In this document: piece by piece, positions 49,236-59,137 of the stretch | How positions within the stretch are numbered: the first letter of the stretch is position 1 | Layout: each line of letters begins with the position of its first letter | Assembly (NCBI GenBank): GCA_965248265.1 | Contig: CBDFJF010000002.1 | Location: 2,272,001-2,336,000 of the forward strand | Reading direction: 5' to 3' | Length of the DNA: 64,000 nucleotides | Source: Candidatus Latescibacterota bacterium | Lineage (GTDB): Bacteria > Latescibacterota > UBA2968 > UBA8231 | Notes under the pieces: generated by a model | The model's database searches: none | What the model was told of the DNA's origin: nothing | Seen by the model: only the letters and a program-made list of their open reading frames with translations | Program-made: the position numbers and the translations under genes

Positions 49236-49375
49236 CGGTGTCCATTTTTCCGGGGGAGTATCAGATACATCACAATTATCTCCGTACCCCGTCGATCCGC
49301 GCTGGTTGATGATTAGCACCGCGTATCCCACTCCGGCCAACATCTGAAAGTCGAAAGAGAACAGTGACCTCCCGT

Positions 49376-52024
49376 CTACTGTCCGTCTACCGGAACAACC
49401 ACCCGGAACCCGGTGACCTTGAGCCGGCTGCCGCCGTGGTTGCGGAAGCGGTAGGCCGACCGACAGTGCCAGGGTAAATCCCGCCAGGATCCGCCTCGAA
49501 CGACGCGATGCCGGCCCGACCCCGGTCCCTCGGGGTCAAGATCGCCTGCATCGGCGTAGGAATCCCGGTAATAATCACGGGTCCACTCCGAGACGTTGCC
49601 GTGCATGTCGTAGAGGCCCCAGGCGTTGGGCGCCAAACTGCCAACCGGAATCGTCTTTTGGCGGTATTCGCCCTTCCTGCCACTGCCGTAGGCGCCGTGG
49701 CCGTCGTAGTTTGCCTCCTCTACGGCAATGGTCTCGCCGGTGTGGAACGCCGTAGTCGTGCCGGCTCGGCATGCGTACTCCCACTCGGCCTCCGTGGGCA
49801 GACGTACGTGTGTTCCGATTCGGGCTGACAGAGCCCGGCAGAACTCCTCGGCGCCTGACCAGGAAATGTTCTCCACAGGGTGATGTGGGTAGAACTCCTG
49901 GAACCAACTGGGATTCTTGTCCATAACGCGTCTGTACTGATACTGCGTCACCTCGTGGACGCCCATATAGAACGGTTTGCTGATGGTCACCTCGCGCCGG
50001 GGACCCTCGTCGTAATCGCGGTGCCCCTCTGCAGGGGCCGAGCCCATCACAAACGTGCCCGCGGGGATGCGACCAAGATTCATCGTGACGCCATGACCGA
50101 GATCGACCGTGAGGAATTTCTCACCCGTGTCCCACATGCCGGCACTGGTGGGTGCGGCGTTTGAGAAGTCGGGACTCGACTCGAGGCGTCGCTTGACGCC
50201 CTCGAGGCGTCGGCGTAACGGCGCTTCGGCCAGAATGTCCTGATCCGCGATCTGCTCCAGGAAATCGGTCGCCGCCTCCAGGGCCTTTAGACCCTCGTCC
50301 CGACTCTCTGGTGTGGACTCTTGTGCCCACGGTGCACAGCAGTCGTGGGCTTCCATGAACAGTTGGTAAGCCCGAAGTGCGTCGCGGTCCCTCTGGACGC
50401 GGCGCTCGATCACGTCCTGTCGGGCGAGATCTCGCGCCTGGTCGAGGTACGGAAACAGCTTTTCGAAGACCTCGGGCGTAAAGGCCTCGAAGCCGAGGAC
50501 ATAGTTGTGAATGTCAGGTCCCTTTCCGACCCGGTTCAACTCGCGATAGTAGGCCTCCATAGGCTCGGCCGCTTCCTGGAAATACAGATCGAAGTACTCC
50601 CGGATTAGGGCCTCGTCATCCAGGTCGGCATCCCACAGCATCTTGGAGACGATGTAGAGAGTCAGGTCGTTGTCCGGGCTGCGTCCCAGGATCTCACCGC
50701 TGTAGCCGCGGACGCTGCCCAGATCGCGGTAGTAGCGGATGCGCTTGCCGATGATCCAGGTCTGCGGCGTCGACAGGCGGCTTCCCGGTTCGATCCACTC
50801 GTAGATCAGCAGATTGTCTGCCACCTGTTTCCACATACCCAGTCGCCGCCTGTACTCTTCGTTGTTCGGGCAATCCGGGTCTTCAATCCCATGGAGGATG
50901 CAGAAATCCTTGCCCATGACGATCGTGTTCAGCACCTGCGGATGGGCCTTGAGTGCTACCGTTCCGTCAGCGCGCACCGGAACACCGCCGTGGTGAGTGC
51001 CGTACTCGCCCAGATACGCAAACAGCCGGCCCGGGTGGGTCTTGCTGACCTCGGCGGCCACCTGGTTGTTGAAATGCAGCAACCGCGTACCCACGCCGAT
51101 CGCCGGGTCGGGATCGTCCAGCGCCCGGCAGCGGTCGCACTCGCACCAATCTTCGGCGTCGTTGGCGCTCAGCGAAAAGGAGCGCTCCGTCGGACTGCGT
51201 TGAAATCTTGCCCGAGCAGCGTCCACGGCGAGCTGCACCACGTCCGGGTTGCTGAGGCACAGCTGGCCTTCCTGTGAGGTCATCGGAATCCGCCGCCCCT
51301 TCTGGCGCACATAGGAGAAATACTCCGGGTGCTGATCGAAATAGCGATCCGAGGAGCACCATTGTTCGTAGGCATGTCCGTGACGGATCTTGCTGACCCA
51401 GCCGAGTCGGCTCTTCATTAACCACGATTGCCACGCTTGCTTCGTTCTCTCGGTCAGCGTGGGCTGGACGTGACCGTTGTTCCACGGGCTTCGATATTCG
51501 AAGTCCGGTTTGCTGACGAGGTTCAACTCGGGCACTGCGATCGTCGGGCGGTGGGGCACGTGTTCGCCATCTGGGTTCGGGTTGAAGAAACGGCAACCCA
51601 GCTCCTCCAGCAGCGCGAAGGCCGCATAGCGCGTCCCGTGAAAGGAATACTCCGACTCGTGCGCCAGGTGTCCGACGACGACCAGGCGGCTCGGAAACGA
51701 TTTCAGGATGTAGCCGTTCCCGCCCAGGTGTTCCTCGTCCAGCAGCGGACCGACCAATTGTTTGACGGCGGCGCTTTGGCCGATGAGCACCACCGGGCCG
51801 GCCGGCGGCTCGTCGGTTTCCGCGATCGGCACCTCGGCCCCGGACATTTTGCGCAGATAGCGCTGCAGGTCTTGCGCGGCGGCGCGGTCCACGTTGGTGG
51901 GATTGGCGCTCAGCACAAGAGTCGCGCGGGGTTTGCCGTTCTCCACGAGTGTCAGGGGCGTCGCCCACGCTGTCGAGCTAGAGAGCAGTGCGAACAGTAG
52001 CCACCAGAGGGGTCTGTGTTTCAT
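49376..52024 (-). CDS. Secreted DUF4838 protein fused to an FGE-sulfatase (SUMF1-like) domain
   Basis: Signal peptide; HPEYF, LCLSNPDV, WCECDRC; C-terminal RLPTEAEWEYACRAG, PNAWGLYDMHGNVSEW, RVVRGGSW, GFRVV. Confidence 0.88.
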   Translation of the reverse strand: MKHRPLWWLLFALLSSSTAWATPLTLVENGKPRATLVLSANPTNVDRAAAQDLQRYLRKMSGAEVPIAETDEPPAGPVVLIGQSAAVKQLVGPLLDEEHLGGNGYILKSFPSRLVVVGHLAHESEYSFHGTRYAAFALLEELGCRFFNPNPDGEHVPHRPTIAVPELNLVSKPDFEYRSPWNNGHVQPTLTERTKQAWQSWLMKSRLGWVSKIRHGHAYEQWCSSDRYFDQHPEYFSYVRQKGRRIPMTSQEGQLCLSNPDVVQLAVDAARARFQRSPTERSFSLSANDAEDWCECDRCRALDDPDPAIGVGTRLLHFNNQVAAEVSKTHPGRLFAYLGEYGTHHGGVPVRADGTVALKAHPQVLNTIVMGKDFCILHGIEDPDCPNNEEYRRRLGMWKQVADNLLIYEWIEPGSRLSTPQTWIIGKRIRYYRDLGSVRGYSGEILGRSPDNDLTLYIVSKMLWDADLDDEALIREYFDLYFQEAAEPMEAYYRELNRVGKGPDIHNYVLGFEAFTPEVFEKLFPYLDQARDLARQDVIERRVQRDRDALRAYQLFMEAHDCCAPWAQESTPESRDEGLKALEAATDFLEQIADQDILAEAPLRRRLEGVKRRLESSPDFSNAAPTSAGMWDTGEKFLTVDLGHGVTMNLGRIPAGTFVMGSAPAEGHRDYDEGPRREVTISKPFYMGVHEVTQYQYRRVMDKNPSWFQEFYPHHPVENISWSGAEEFCRALSARIGTHVRLPTEAEWEYACRAGTTTAFHTGETIAVEEANYDGHGAYGSGRKGEYRQKTIPVGSLAPNAWGLYDMHGNVSEWTRDYYRDSYADAGDLDPEGPGSGRHRVVRGGSWRDLPWHCRSAYRFRNHGGSRLKVTGFRVVVPVDGQ

Positions 52025-52193
52025 GGTCGGGTTTCCCGATTCCAGATGTTTGCGGTGGGACTGCGGGACTAGTGGGTATAAAACGCATTACCGGGAGTCG
52101 GTCAAGTGATTTGTGCTTACTTGTCCCATACTCAAAACCCGGTTAGGCTCCCACTGGCATGGTGCGAGCGGTTCAACCAACGGAGATGAGACG

Positions 52194-53564
52194 ATGTCAC
52201 AATCCGGGCACGACCTGACGAAAAGCCAGCTGTTCCTCGACGACACCTGGATCGAAGACCAGGCCATGCTGACGCGTGTGTGGCATGCGGCCGAGATCTA
52301 TCCCGAACCGGTCCTGCGGCCCGAGACACCGTGGGAAGGCACGACTCTGTCGATGTACGGGACCGTGCTCAGGATGGGGGACGTCTGGCGCATGTATTAC
52401 GGGACGTCGAATCCCCACGAAGAGCCCTTGGTATGCGTGGCCGAAAGCGCGGACGGTCTGCACTGGACCCGCCCGGTCCTCGACATTCACGAGTACCGGG
52501 GCAGCACGGCGAACAACATAGTCAGGCGCAATGTAGTGTGCCCTTCCGTCTACTGGGACCCGGAGGATGACGTCCCTTTCAGAAGCATGGTCTACCGACG
52601 AACGGGAGGGGAGGCCGATGGGCTCTATGGCGTGGTCAGCGACGATGGGTATCACTGGACCGAGCTCGACGAGCGCCTCATTCCAAAGCCCCCTACGGGC
52701 GACGTCCACTACCTGTGGTCGAGCAGGGTTGACGGCAAGTACATCGTCACGCACAAGACCAGGAACCTGGCACTGGAGCGGGCCATGCGGACCGTGGCCA
52801 TTACCGAAAGCAGCGACTTCCGCTCCTTCGAGCCATCGCAACTGATCCTCAAGTCCGACCTCAACGATCCCGCCGACGTACAGTATCACGGCATGGTGGG
52901 ATTCGAGTATGGCGACATGTACCTGGGACTGGCGGAGCGCTGGTTCGGTTCGCCCAGTCATATCGAACTGCTGCTCGTGTGGAGCCACGACCGTGTGAAC
53001 TGGCACTTGCCTCCAACCAGAGTACCATTCATCGGGCCGACGTACTACTGGAATCAGGGATGGTCGACCTGCTCAACCCAGGGGCCCATCCAGGTCGGCA
53101 ACCAGCTCAGGTTCTACTTCGGTGGCCGGAGCGGCTGCCACATTCACGTGAAGGCAGGGCCCAGAAAAGTCGGCGTCGTCGGGTTTGCGCAGATAACCGT
53201 CGACCGGTTTGCGTCTATCTCCGCCGGCTACATGGACGGACAGCTCATCACCAAACCCATGAGATGGCCAGGTGGCGACCTGATCCTCAACGCTTCGACC
53301 ACTCGGTTCCCGGACGAAGACCCGCGGCTCAAGGGGGGCGAAATGTCGATCGAGGTCTGGGATGGGGACGGTCAACCGATCGAGGGCTACTGCGGGGACC
53401 GACGGGCGCCGTTCACCGAAAACACACCTTCTCGGGGCGACGTGGATGCTGCCACGATCCGGTGGCCAGACGACAAGAGTATGAAGGAGCTCGCGGGCAG
53501 AGAAATCCGACTGGTCTTCTACATGCGGGACTCACATCTGTACAGCTTCAGAAGCAGCGGTTGA
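52194..53564 (+). CDS. GH32-like beta-propeller protein
   Basis: QLFLDD, WRMYY, ESADGLHWTRP, SDDGYHW, DRFAS, LYSF. Confidence 0.72.
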   Translation: MSQSGHDLTKSQLFLDDTWIEDQAMLTRVWHAAEIYPEPVLRPETPWEGTTLSMYGTVLRMGDVWRMYYGTSNPHEEPLVCVAESADGLHWTRPVLDIHEYRGSTANNIVRRNVVCPSVYWDPEDDVPFRSMVYRRTGGEADGLYGVVSDDGYHWTELDERLIPKPPTGDVHYLWSSRVDGKYIVTHKTRNLALERAMRTVAITESSDFRSFEPSQLILKSDLNDPADVQYHGMVGFEYGDMYLGLAERWFGSPSHIELLLVWSHDRVNWHLPPTRVPFIGPTYYWNQGWSTCSTQGPIQVGNQLRFYFGGRSGCHIHVKAGPRKVGVVGFAQITVDRFASISAGYMDGQLITKPMRWPGGDLILNASTTRFPDEDPRLKGGEMSIEVWDGDGQPIEGYCGDRRAPFTENTPSRGDVDAATIRWPDDKSMKELAGREIRLVFYMRDSHLYSFRSSG

Positions 53565-53583
53565 GTCGCTCGGATCGAGTGAA

Positions 53584-54702
53584 TCAAGTCTTGTGACGGG
53601 CCAACTGCTCCATGTACCACTCCCGTCCCATGAGCTCCTTCTTGTAGTTCCACCGTTTGGGGATCGGTTTGACTGTCAGCTGGCGGTCCTGGAGCGGCGG
53701 CGCCACCGGAACGTGTCCCCGCCTGGCCGATTCCCGGAGCGCGATCGTCGTCTCCATGGAACGAAGCATGTCGGCGCCGCTGGCTCTTGGCTCGCTACCG
53801 TGATCGAGAGCATCCACGATGGATTGCACGTGGGCGTCCAAGGTCGTCTGCGTCGGAAGAAGCCAACCGTTTTCGTCGAAGGACTCCGTGCGGTCGCGGC
53901 TCCCGGACAGAGCTTCGGGCTTCTCCTCGACGAGCGCGCTCCTGTCGTTGCTGTCTGAAGTCGTGAAGAGCCTGTATGAGTAGCCGTCGTAGGAGAAAAC
54001 ACCCCCCTCGCAAACCACATCAAGACCGCGTTTGGCTCCAGACCGGTAATGGGCGTAGCAATGCATCCCGTTGGTGAACTTGATTAACCCGCCCACACCC
54101 TTCATCACAGCCTGCTCGTCACTGAAGGCGTCGCCCTCTACCTCGCCGACGACGTACTCGACGTCGGAGTCATGGGCGAACAGGTTGACGACGGGCAGCC
54201 ATTGACATCCGATCTGGTTGAGGTTGTGGTAGAGGTCGACGTACAGAGCAGCGCCGAGCCGGCCAGAGTCTATGATGTCGCGGGCTTTCCAAAGCTGGGG
54301 ATAGTTTCTCTGTACGTAGCCGACGGAGAACTGGATATTCCGGCTCCGGGACTGTTCAACCATCCGGTCTGCGTCCGCCAGAGTAGCCGCAAAGGGTTTC
54401 TCGCAGAATACCGCCTTCACGTCCTCTTCCAGGCAACCTAGCACCGTGTCGACGTTCGCTCGGACGGGGAGTACTGGGGCGGCGACATCGATATGTTCAT
54501 TCCGAAGCATCTGGCGGAAGTCAGAGTAACCGGGAACGCCGAATCGATCGCAGAAAAGAGACAGGTTCTCCGAATCTGTATCGACGGCAGCCACGACCTG
54601 AGTGCGCGGATGGAACTTGTAGCCGCGGGCATGCGTCGACCCCATCCGTCCGACGCCTATCATGCCGACGCGGTAGACGGGTTGTGCCTTTTCAGTACTC
54701 AA
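53584..54702 (-). CDS. Gfo/Idh/MocA oxidoreductase
   Basis: VGMIGVGRMG, VFCEKP; TTG start with GAGGAGG RBS. Confidence 0.88.
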   Translation of the reverse strand: MSTEKAQPVYRVGMIGVGRMGSTHARGYKFHPRTQVVAAVDTDSENLSLFCDRFGVPGYSDFRQMLRNEHIDVAAPVLPVRANVDTVLGCLEEDVKAVFCEKPFAATLADADRMVEQSRSRNIQFSVGYVQRNYPQLWKARDIIDSGRLGAALYVDLYHNLNQIGCQWLPVVNLFAHDSDVEYVVGEVEGDAFSDEQAVMKGVGGLIKFTNGMHCYAHYRSGAKRGLDVVCEGGVFSYDGYSYRLFTTSDSNDRSALVEEKPEALSGSRDRTESFDENGWLLPTQTTLDAHVQSIVDALDHGSEPRASGADMLRSMETTIALRESARRGHVPVAPPLQDRQLTVKPIPKRWNYKKELMGREWYMEQLARHKT

Positions 54703-54814
54703 GATGGACCTCCTCAGCAGCGTACCGAGCTTTGGCCGGATCACATAGTCTCACTGACGTAGGGCAGTGGCCCTCAAGTGGCCGCCCGAGTACAATGTAG
54801 TCAGGAGGTAATCG

Positions 54815-55339
54815 ATGAATCAACGCCCCGTCGTCCGCGCCCTCAAGCGCTTTTGCTCTGACTTCAAGCCTATCAGAGACCGCCTGGCAACATTGGGCGC
54901 GATTCACGTACGGACTTGCCGCCAGATCGACTACCTGTTCCGCGTCCCAGGAAGGGAAACCTCCCGGGTCAAGTTGCGAATCGAAGGCGATCGGCAGAAG
55001 ATCTCTGTCTACGAAAAGAATCAGGCTGGCCGTCGCCCTGAGGACGTTCAATCCTTTGAGTTGTCCGAGCCGCGTATCAAGGAGATCCTTCAGGCGATCT
55101 TGCCCGTTCATGTCGTCGTTCAGAAGAATCGCGAAGAATGGAACTATCGGAATGCGATCTTTCATCTCGACACCGTCGAGGAAATCGGGCAGGTATTTGA
55201 AATTGAGTTCGTCCTTGCGGACGACGGTGACAATCCAGGGTGCGAATTTTACGAGCAGGAGTTTGGGGCATTCCTGGGTAAGGTGATCGATGGCTCAAAT
55301 GAAGATGTGTTGGCAGCAAAGACAGACGTCACCTTCTGA
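54815..55339 (+). CDS. CYTH-domain (class IV adenylate cyclase-like) protein
   Basis: QIDYLF, KLR, K.RE, HLDTVEEIG..FEIE; RBS AGGAGG. Confidence 0.8.
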   Translation: MNQRPVVRALKRFCSDFKPIRDRLATLGAIHVRTCRQIDYLFRVPGRETSRVKLRIEGDRQKISVYEKNQAGRRPEDVQSFELSEPRIKEILQAILPVHVVVQKNREEWNYRNAIFHLDTVEEIGQVFEIEFVLADDGDNPGCEFYEQEFGAFLGKVIDGSNEDVLAAKTDVTF

Positions 55340-55347
55340 CGCGACAT

Positions 55348-56964
55348 TCAGGCGACAGGGCCACTCGTCAGGTCTCTGTAATTCACGTATATCTCGACGT
55401 GCGCAACTACCAGTGGTGGTTCAATACGTTCGTCTCTCTGGATGAGGTGGACAGCTACTTCGTGCATCCCCTTCTCCGCTTGCTCGGGCCGCAGGTTGCA
55501 CACCAACCAGCTGTTGTCCTCGACGTCTGTGATGCCGAGTTTGTCACTGCTTGGCTGGTCAGGGTCGGGCCCGGCCACGTCGCGCACCTCGACGTCTGCC
55601 AGGGTCTCCCCATCCAGAATGATCTGGACCTGGTCCCCTGTGGGAGAGAATTGCTCCATCTCGATCTGCAGTTGGACGCTCTCCAGCCTGCCAGCGCTGG
55701 CCTCCATCACGACGTCGTCGTGGACGGGAACGTGAAAGACGGGACCGGGAACCTTGCCTGTGCGATACAGCGTGACCGGAGTCTCGCCATAGATGCGGTC
55801 GTGGGTGTCGCGTCCGTCGCTGCCGGCCGTGGTGCGGTGGACGGCGCAATAGACCTTGTTCAGGGAGCGCAGCGTTTCGGGTGTGCCGATCGTGGTCAGC
55901 AGCTCCCGGCGAGTAGTTTCGTTGGCACCCCAGTTGAAGGTATAGATGCCGTCCGCTCCCCGGTCCCAGTAACTTTGGGCCGTCGCCCGGAAAAAACCGT
56001 TGCGAAACTGGTTGTGGCGAATGAGACGACGGGTTTGCTGCCTGCCATCGCTGTCGAACCCGCCGTAAAACAGGGTGTCGGTCCCCTCCACCATTGAAGC
56101 GAAGGTCTCGACCTCGACGCCCGGATCTGTGCCTGAGACCCCACCACAGATTACGATGTCGCACAGCCCTTGCTCTATCCACGACTCGACATCGTACCCC
56201 ATGCGCCGGCACGACTCCATGGTCGCGGCCACGCGCACCGCGAGGTAGAACGGTCTGCCTCTGCGGTCCGCCATCTCCTGTGTCATTTCGCGGACCTCGG
56301 CGACCAGATCGGTCATCGTATACCGCAGGCGGTAAGCGTAATCGGCTGGCAGATGAAACCCATGCCGCTGCCAGTCCAGCTCCAGGCCATCCCAGTCGGC
56401 CTGCCCACAGGCCTCGGTGATCTGCAGGAGCTTGTGGTCCCTGACTTCGGGTATGGCGAAGTTCCAGGCAATGGACGCGGCGGCATGTATCGAGTCGCCC
56501 AGGCACCATTCAGGATGGTCCTTACGCAGCTGCGTAAGGCCGCCCTTCCTCACGCCGCGGGCCTGCTTCGGCGAAAGACCGCGGAAATGGTTGTCGTTCA
56601 TGCGGATGGAGGTATAGACATCGACCCCGATCTCGTGGCCCCGCTCGACCAGCGCAGGGTAGGGGTTGTCGCCACCATCGAACTTGACCCGCAGGTTCTC
56701 AGATTGCCGCATGGCGCGCACGTTGGGATACTTCCGGCCAACCGGGTCGCCTGTGAACTCCAGAGATTGGGATGGCCATCCGGCCTCATGCGAGCCCACA
56801 CACCAGAACAGCGCCCCAACCTGCGTGTCGACGATGGGTGCATAGGTCTTGTCCAGCCAGCGCTCCACGGACTGCGGGTACTCCGACCTGCCGAGTGTGC
56901 CTCCGTCCCAGTTGTAGATGATACCGTAGGATGGAGGCGGAGTTCCCGAGGTATTCGCGCTCAC
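55348..56964 (-). CDS. GHL10-like TIM-barrel protein
   Basis: IIYNWDG, SIRMNDNH, NFAIPEVR, DGLELDWQRH, GADGIYTFN. Confidence 0.7.
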   Translation of the reverse strand: MSANTSGTPPPSYGIIYNWDGGTLGRSEYPQSVERWLDKTYAPIVDTQVGALFWCVGSHEAGWPSQSLEFTGDPVGRKYPNVRAMRQSENLRVKFDGGDNPYPALVERGHEIGVDVYTSIRMNDNHFRGLSPKQARGVRKGGLTQLRKDHPEWCLGDSIHAAASIAWNFAIPEVRDHKLLQITEACGQADWDGLELDWQRHGFHLPADYAYRLRYTMTDLVAEVREMTQEMADRRGRPFYLAVRVAATMESCRRMGYDVESWIEQGLCDIVICGGVSGTDPGVEVETFASMVEGTDTLFYGGFDSDGRQQTRRLIRHNQFRNGFFRATAQSYWDRGADGIYTFNWGANETTRRELLTTIGTPETLRSLNKVYCAVHRTTAGSDGRDTHDRIYGETPVTLYRTGKVPGPVFHVPVHDDVVMEASAGRLESVQLQIEMEQFSPTGDQVQIILDGETLADVEVRDVAGPDPDQPSSDKLGITDVEDNSWLVCNLRPEQAEKGMHEVAVHLIQRDERIEPPLVVAHVEIYVNYRDLTSGPVA

Positions 56965-57168
56965 ACCCAGTTCTCATCTTCCAGGTGAATGGTGCCATTA
57001 ATGGTGTCCGACATTCTGTATTCCTTACTCGTCTGGAGGCCATCTTGATACGTGATAGTATGCGACGACGCCTGGCTTACCCGCAAGATGCACGGCCAAG
57101 ACCCTCCACTGTTCATCCATCGTTCGGTTCACTACAATCAGAGTTCCCCCAAACTCAGGAGACTCCCG

Positions 57169-58740
57169 ATGATCAAACCGCGTCTTATCTACTACAACGA
57201 TGCCCATCACTTCCACGCGAAGAGGATCGAACCACCAGCGAGCGTACATATGCTTCAGTGGCCGGTGAACGAGGTGCTCGGTACCGGCGTCGATCTCCTC
57301 GTGTTCGGCATTGGCTACGGCGACGTCTACTTCTACAACAGCAAGGTCGGCCGCGTGGTCGGTCAAAAGAAGGAGGTTTGGGAGAATTACATCGACTGGC
57401 GGATCATGCGCATGGTGGAAGAGGCGCAGAAGAAGGGCACAGACCAGCTGAGAGAGGTCATCAACCGGGGGCGAACGACGGGGATGCCGGTATTCCCGAG
57501 CTTGAAGCTGCAGTCCGGTAACCCCCAGTATGCCGGGCGTTGCGGTCTGCTCAAGTGGGAACACGGCAAAGAGGTATGCATTGACGAGTCCGGAAAGGCG
57601 GAGTGGTCCTACGATTTCGCCAACGAACTGGTACGGCAGGACAAACTCGCCGTGCTCAGGGAGTTAATGGACGACTACGGCGCCGATGGCATCGAATTGG
57701 ACTTCATGTTCGGCAGCCAGTACTTCAAGAGTGCCGAGGTCGAGGGCAACACCCCTCTGATGAGCCGCTTCATCGCCCAGGTGCGCGGACTGGCCCGAGA
57801 GATCGGTGAAAAGCAGGGCAGGGAGATACCGATCATGGTCCGCGTGCCCCTCAAGCGGGAGGACAACCTGGCCATGGGCCTCGACGTCGAGACCTGGTTC
57901 AAAGAAGGCAGCATCGACCTTGTAGTGGGACAGGACACCAACATTCTCGCCGAGAGCGGGGTGCAGGCGGAATGGATGCCGGATGCCGCGAATGCGGCCG
58001 GGGGTGGTGCCTACTATCGCCCGCCCAGGCGCGTGTACGACGAGCGCGTGGGCTTGCCGAGCATCGAGATGTACCGGGCGCTCGGGCAGACCCTTCAATG
58101 GCAGGGATTCGCCGGCATGTACCACGGGTACCTGCTGTGGCCGTTCAGCGACAGGGAGTACAGCATTCTTCGTGAAGTCGCCTACCCAGAGGCCCACGCA
58201 CGGAGCACGAAACGCTACATACTCCAGCCTCGAGAGGGGGTCGAGGGCGAGCCCACGTCGACTCCCGAGCGGGTGTTGCCGGTACAGCTCGAGGAGGGGG
58301 AGACCGTGTCCCTCAACATACTGGTAGCCGACGACATCGACAGCGCCAAGGCGGACGGAGAGATGCGCCGGCCCATCCTGACCATTCGTTACTCGTCCTA
58401 CTGCAACGAAGACGAGATCGAGATCCGCTTCAACGGCCGGGTCCTCGCTGATGACGAGGCCGAGATCACCGACGAACGGGCCATCGAAATCAAAACCCGT
58501 CTCAGCGGCAGCATGTCGGTCCAGGCTCCCTTGGGAATGGCGGTCCATTGGTTCCGCTACAAGCTGACGCTCGACGACCTCAAGCGCGGGCAAAACCTGC
58601 TGGAGATCGAGACCAGGAAACAGGCTGTGAGGGCCGGCTTCGTCCGCAGTGTCAACGGAGTAGAGATTCAGACCCGCTACCGGGACTATACCCGCCCGGA
58701 AGGCTTCGACGTGGAGCGAGTTGCTCCACTGTCGGCATAG
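57169..58740 (+). CDS. GHL10-like TIM-barrel protein
   Basis: LIYYNDAHH, YDFANELVR, DGIELDF, GLDVETW; RBS AGGAG. Confidence 0.7.
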   Translation: MIKPRLIYYNDAHHFHAKRIEPPASVHMLQWPVNEVLGTGVDLLVFGIGYGDVYFYNSKVGRVVGQKKEVWENYIDWRIMRMVEEAQKKGTDQLREVINRGRTTGMPVFPSLKLQSGNPQYAGRCGLLKWEHGKEVCIDESGKAEWSYDFANELVRQDKLAVLRELMDDYGADGIELDFMFGSQYFKSAEVEGNTPLMSRFIAQVRGLAREIGEKQGREIPIMVRVPLKREDNLAMGLDVETWFKEGSIDLVVGQDTNILAESGVQAEWMPDAANAAGGGAYYRPPRRVYDERVGLPSIEMYRALGQTLQWQGFAGMYHGYLLWPFSDREYSILREVAYPEAHARSTKRYILQPREGVEGEPTSTPERVLPVQLEEGETVSLNILVADDIDSAKADGEMRRPILTIRYSSYCNEDEIEIRFNGRVLADDEAEITDERAIEIKTRLSGSMSVQAPLGMAVHWFRYKLTLDDLKRGQNLLEIETRKQAVRAGFVRSVNGVEIQTRYRDYTRPEGFDVERVAPLSA

Positions 58741-58764
58741 CCAAACACGAGAAGAGGTGAACGT

Positions 58765-59003
58765 ATGCACGTTCTGATTACAGGCGCCGCCGGCATCATT
58801 GGAACGGTGCTGGGCTGACCGGCCCAAGCCGCAAGATCACCCCAAGCAACTGAGCCACGACGACTGCGTCAGAGTCTTCGAGCAGGCGATCACGCATCCG
58901 GGAGTCAAGTGGGAGCTGGTCTTCGGCGTCTCCGACAGCAACTCGGACCGATACCGATATCGAGCACGGACAGCGGGCCATCGGCTACTATCCACAGATC
59001 GCT
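58765..59003 (+). pseudogene. Internally deleted, frameshifted copy of the epimerase gene at 62707
   Basis: First 16 codons joined to the last ~190 nt; near-identical to 62707-62754 and 63189-63379. Confidence 0.92.
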
Positions 59004-59137
59004 GACGACTGGTGGGACGCAAGCTGTGGCGCATAGTCGACTCCTCTCAGTCCCAGCACGATCGTCGGGTCGCAGTGCAGATCGAGAATACCGATGTTTT
59101 AGACACGAATGCCGTGGATCATCCATGCCGTAACCCG

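Larger units (their letters stand above)
48016..49263 (+). mobile_element. IS3-family insertion sequence, 1248 bp
   Basis: TG...CA ends, 27-bp imperfect IRs (21/27), 3-bp target duplication GAT, orfA/orfB, A6G slippery site at 48330-48336. Confidence 0.97.
47935..49274 (-). repeat. Repeat R copy 4, split by IS3 (47935-48015 and 49264-49274)
   Basis: Removing the IS and one GAT restores taggatcggatacatcaca as in copy 2. Confidence 0.88.

Noticed and set aside
23495-49274. Repeat R as a CRISPR array or integron attC sites
   Set aside because: Copies are long and kilobases apart, with no cas or intI gene, no RYYYAAC...GTTRRRY boundaries and no full-length palindrome
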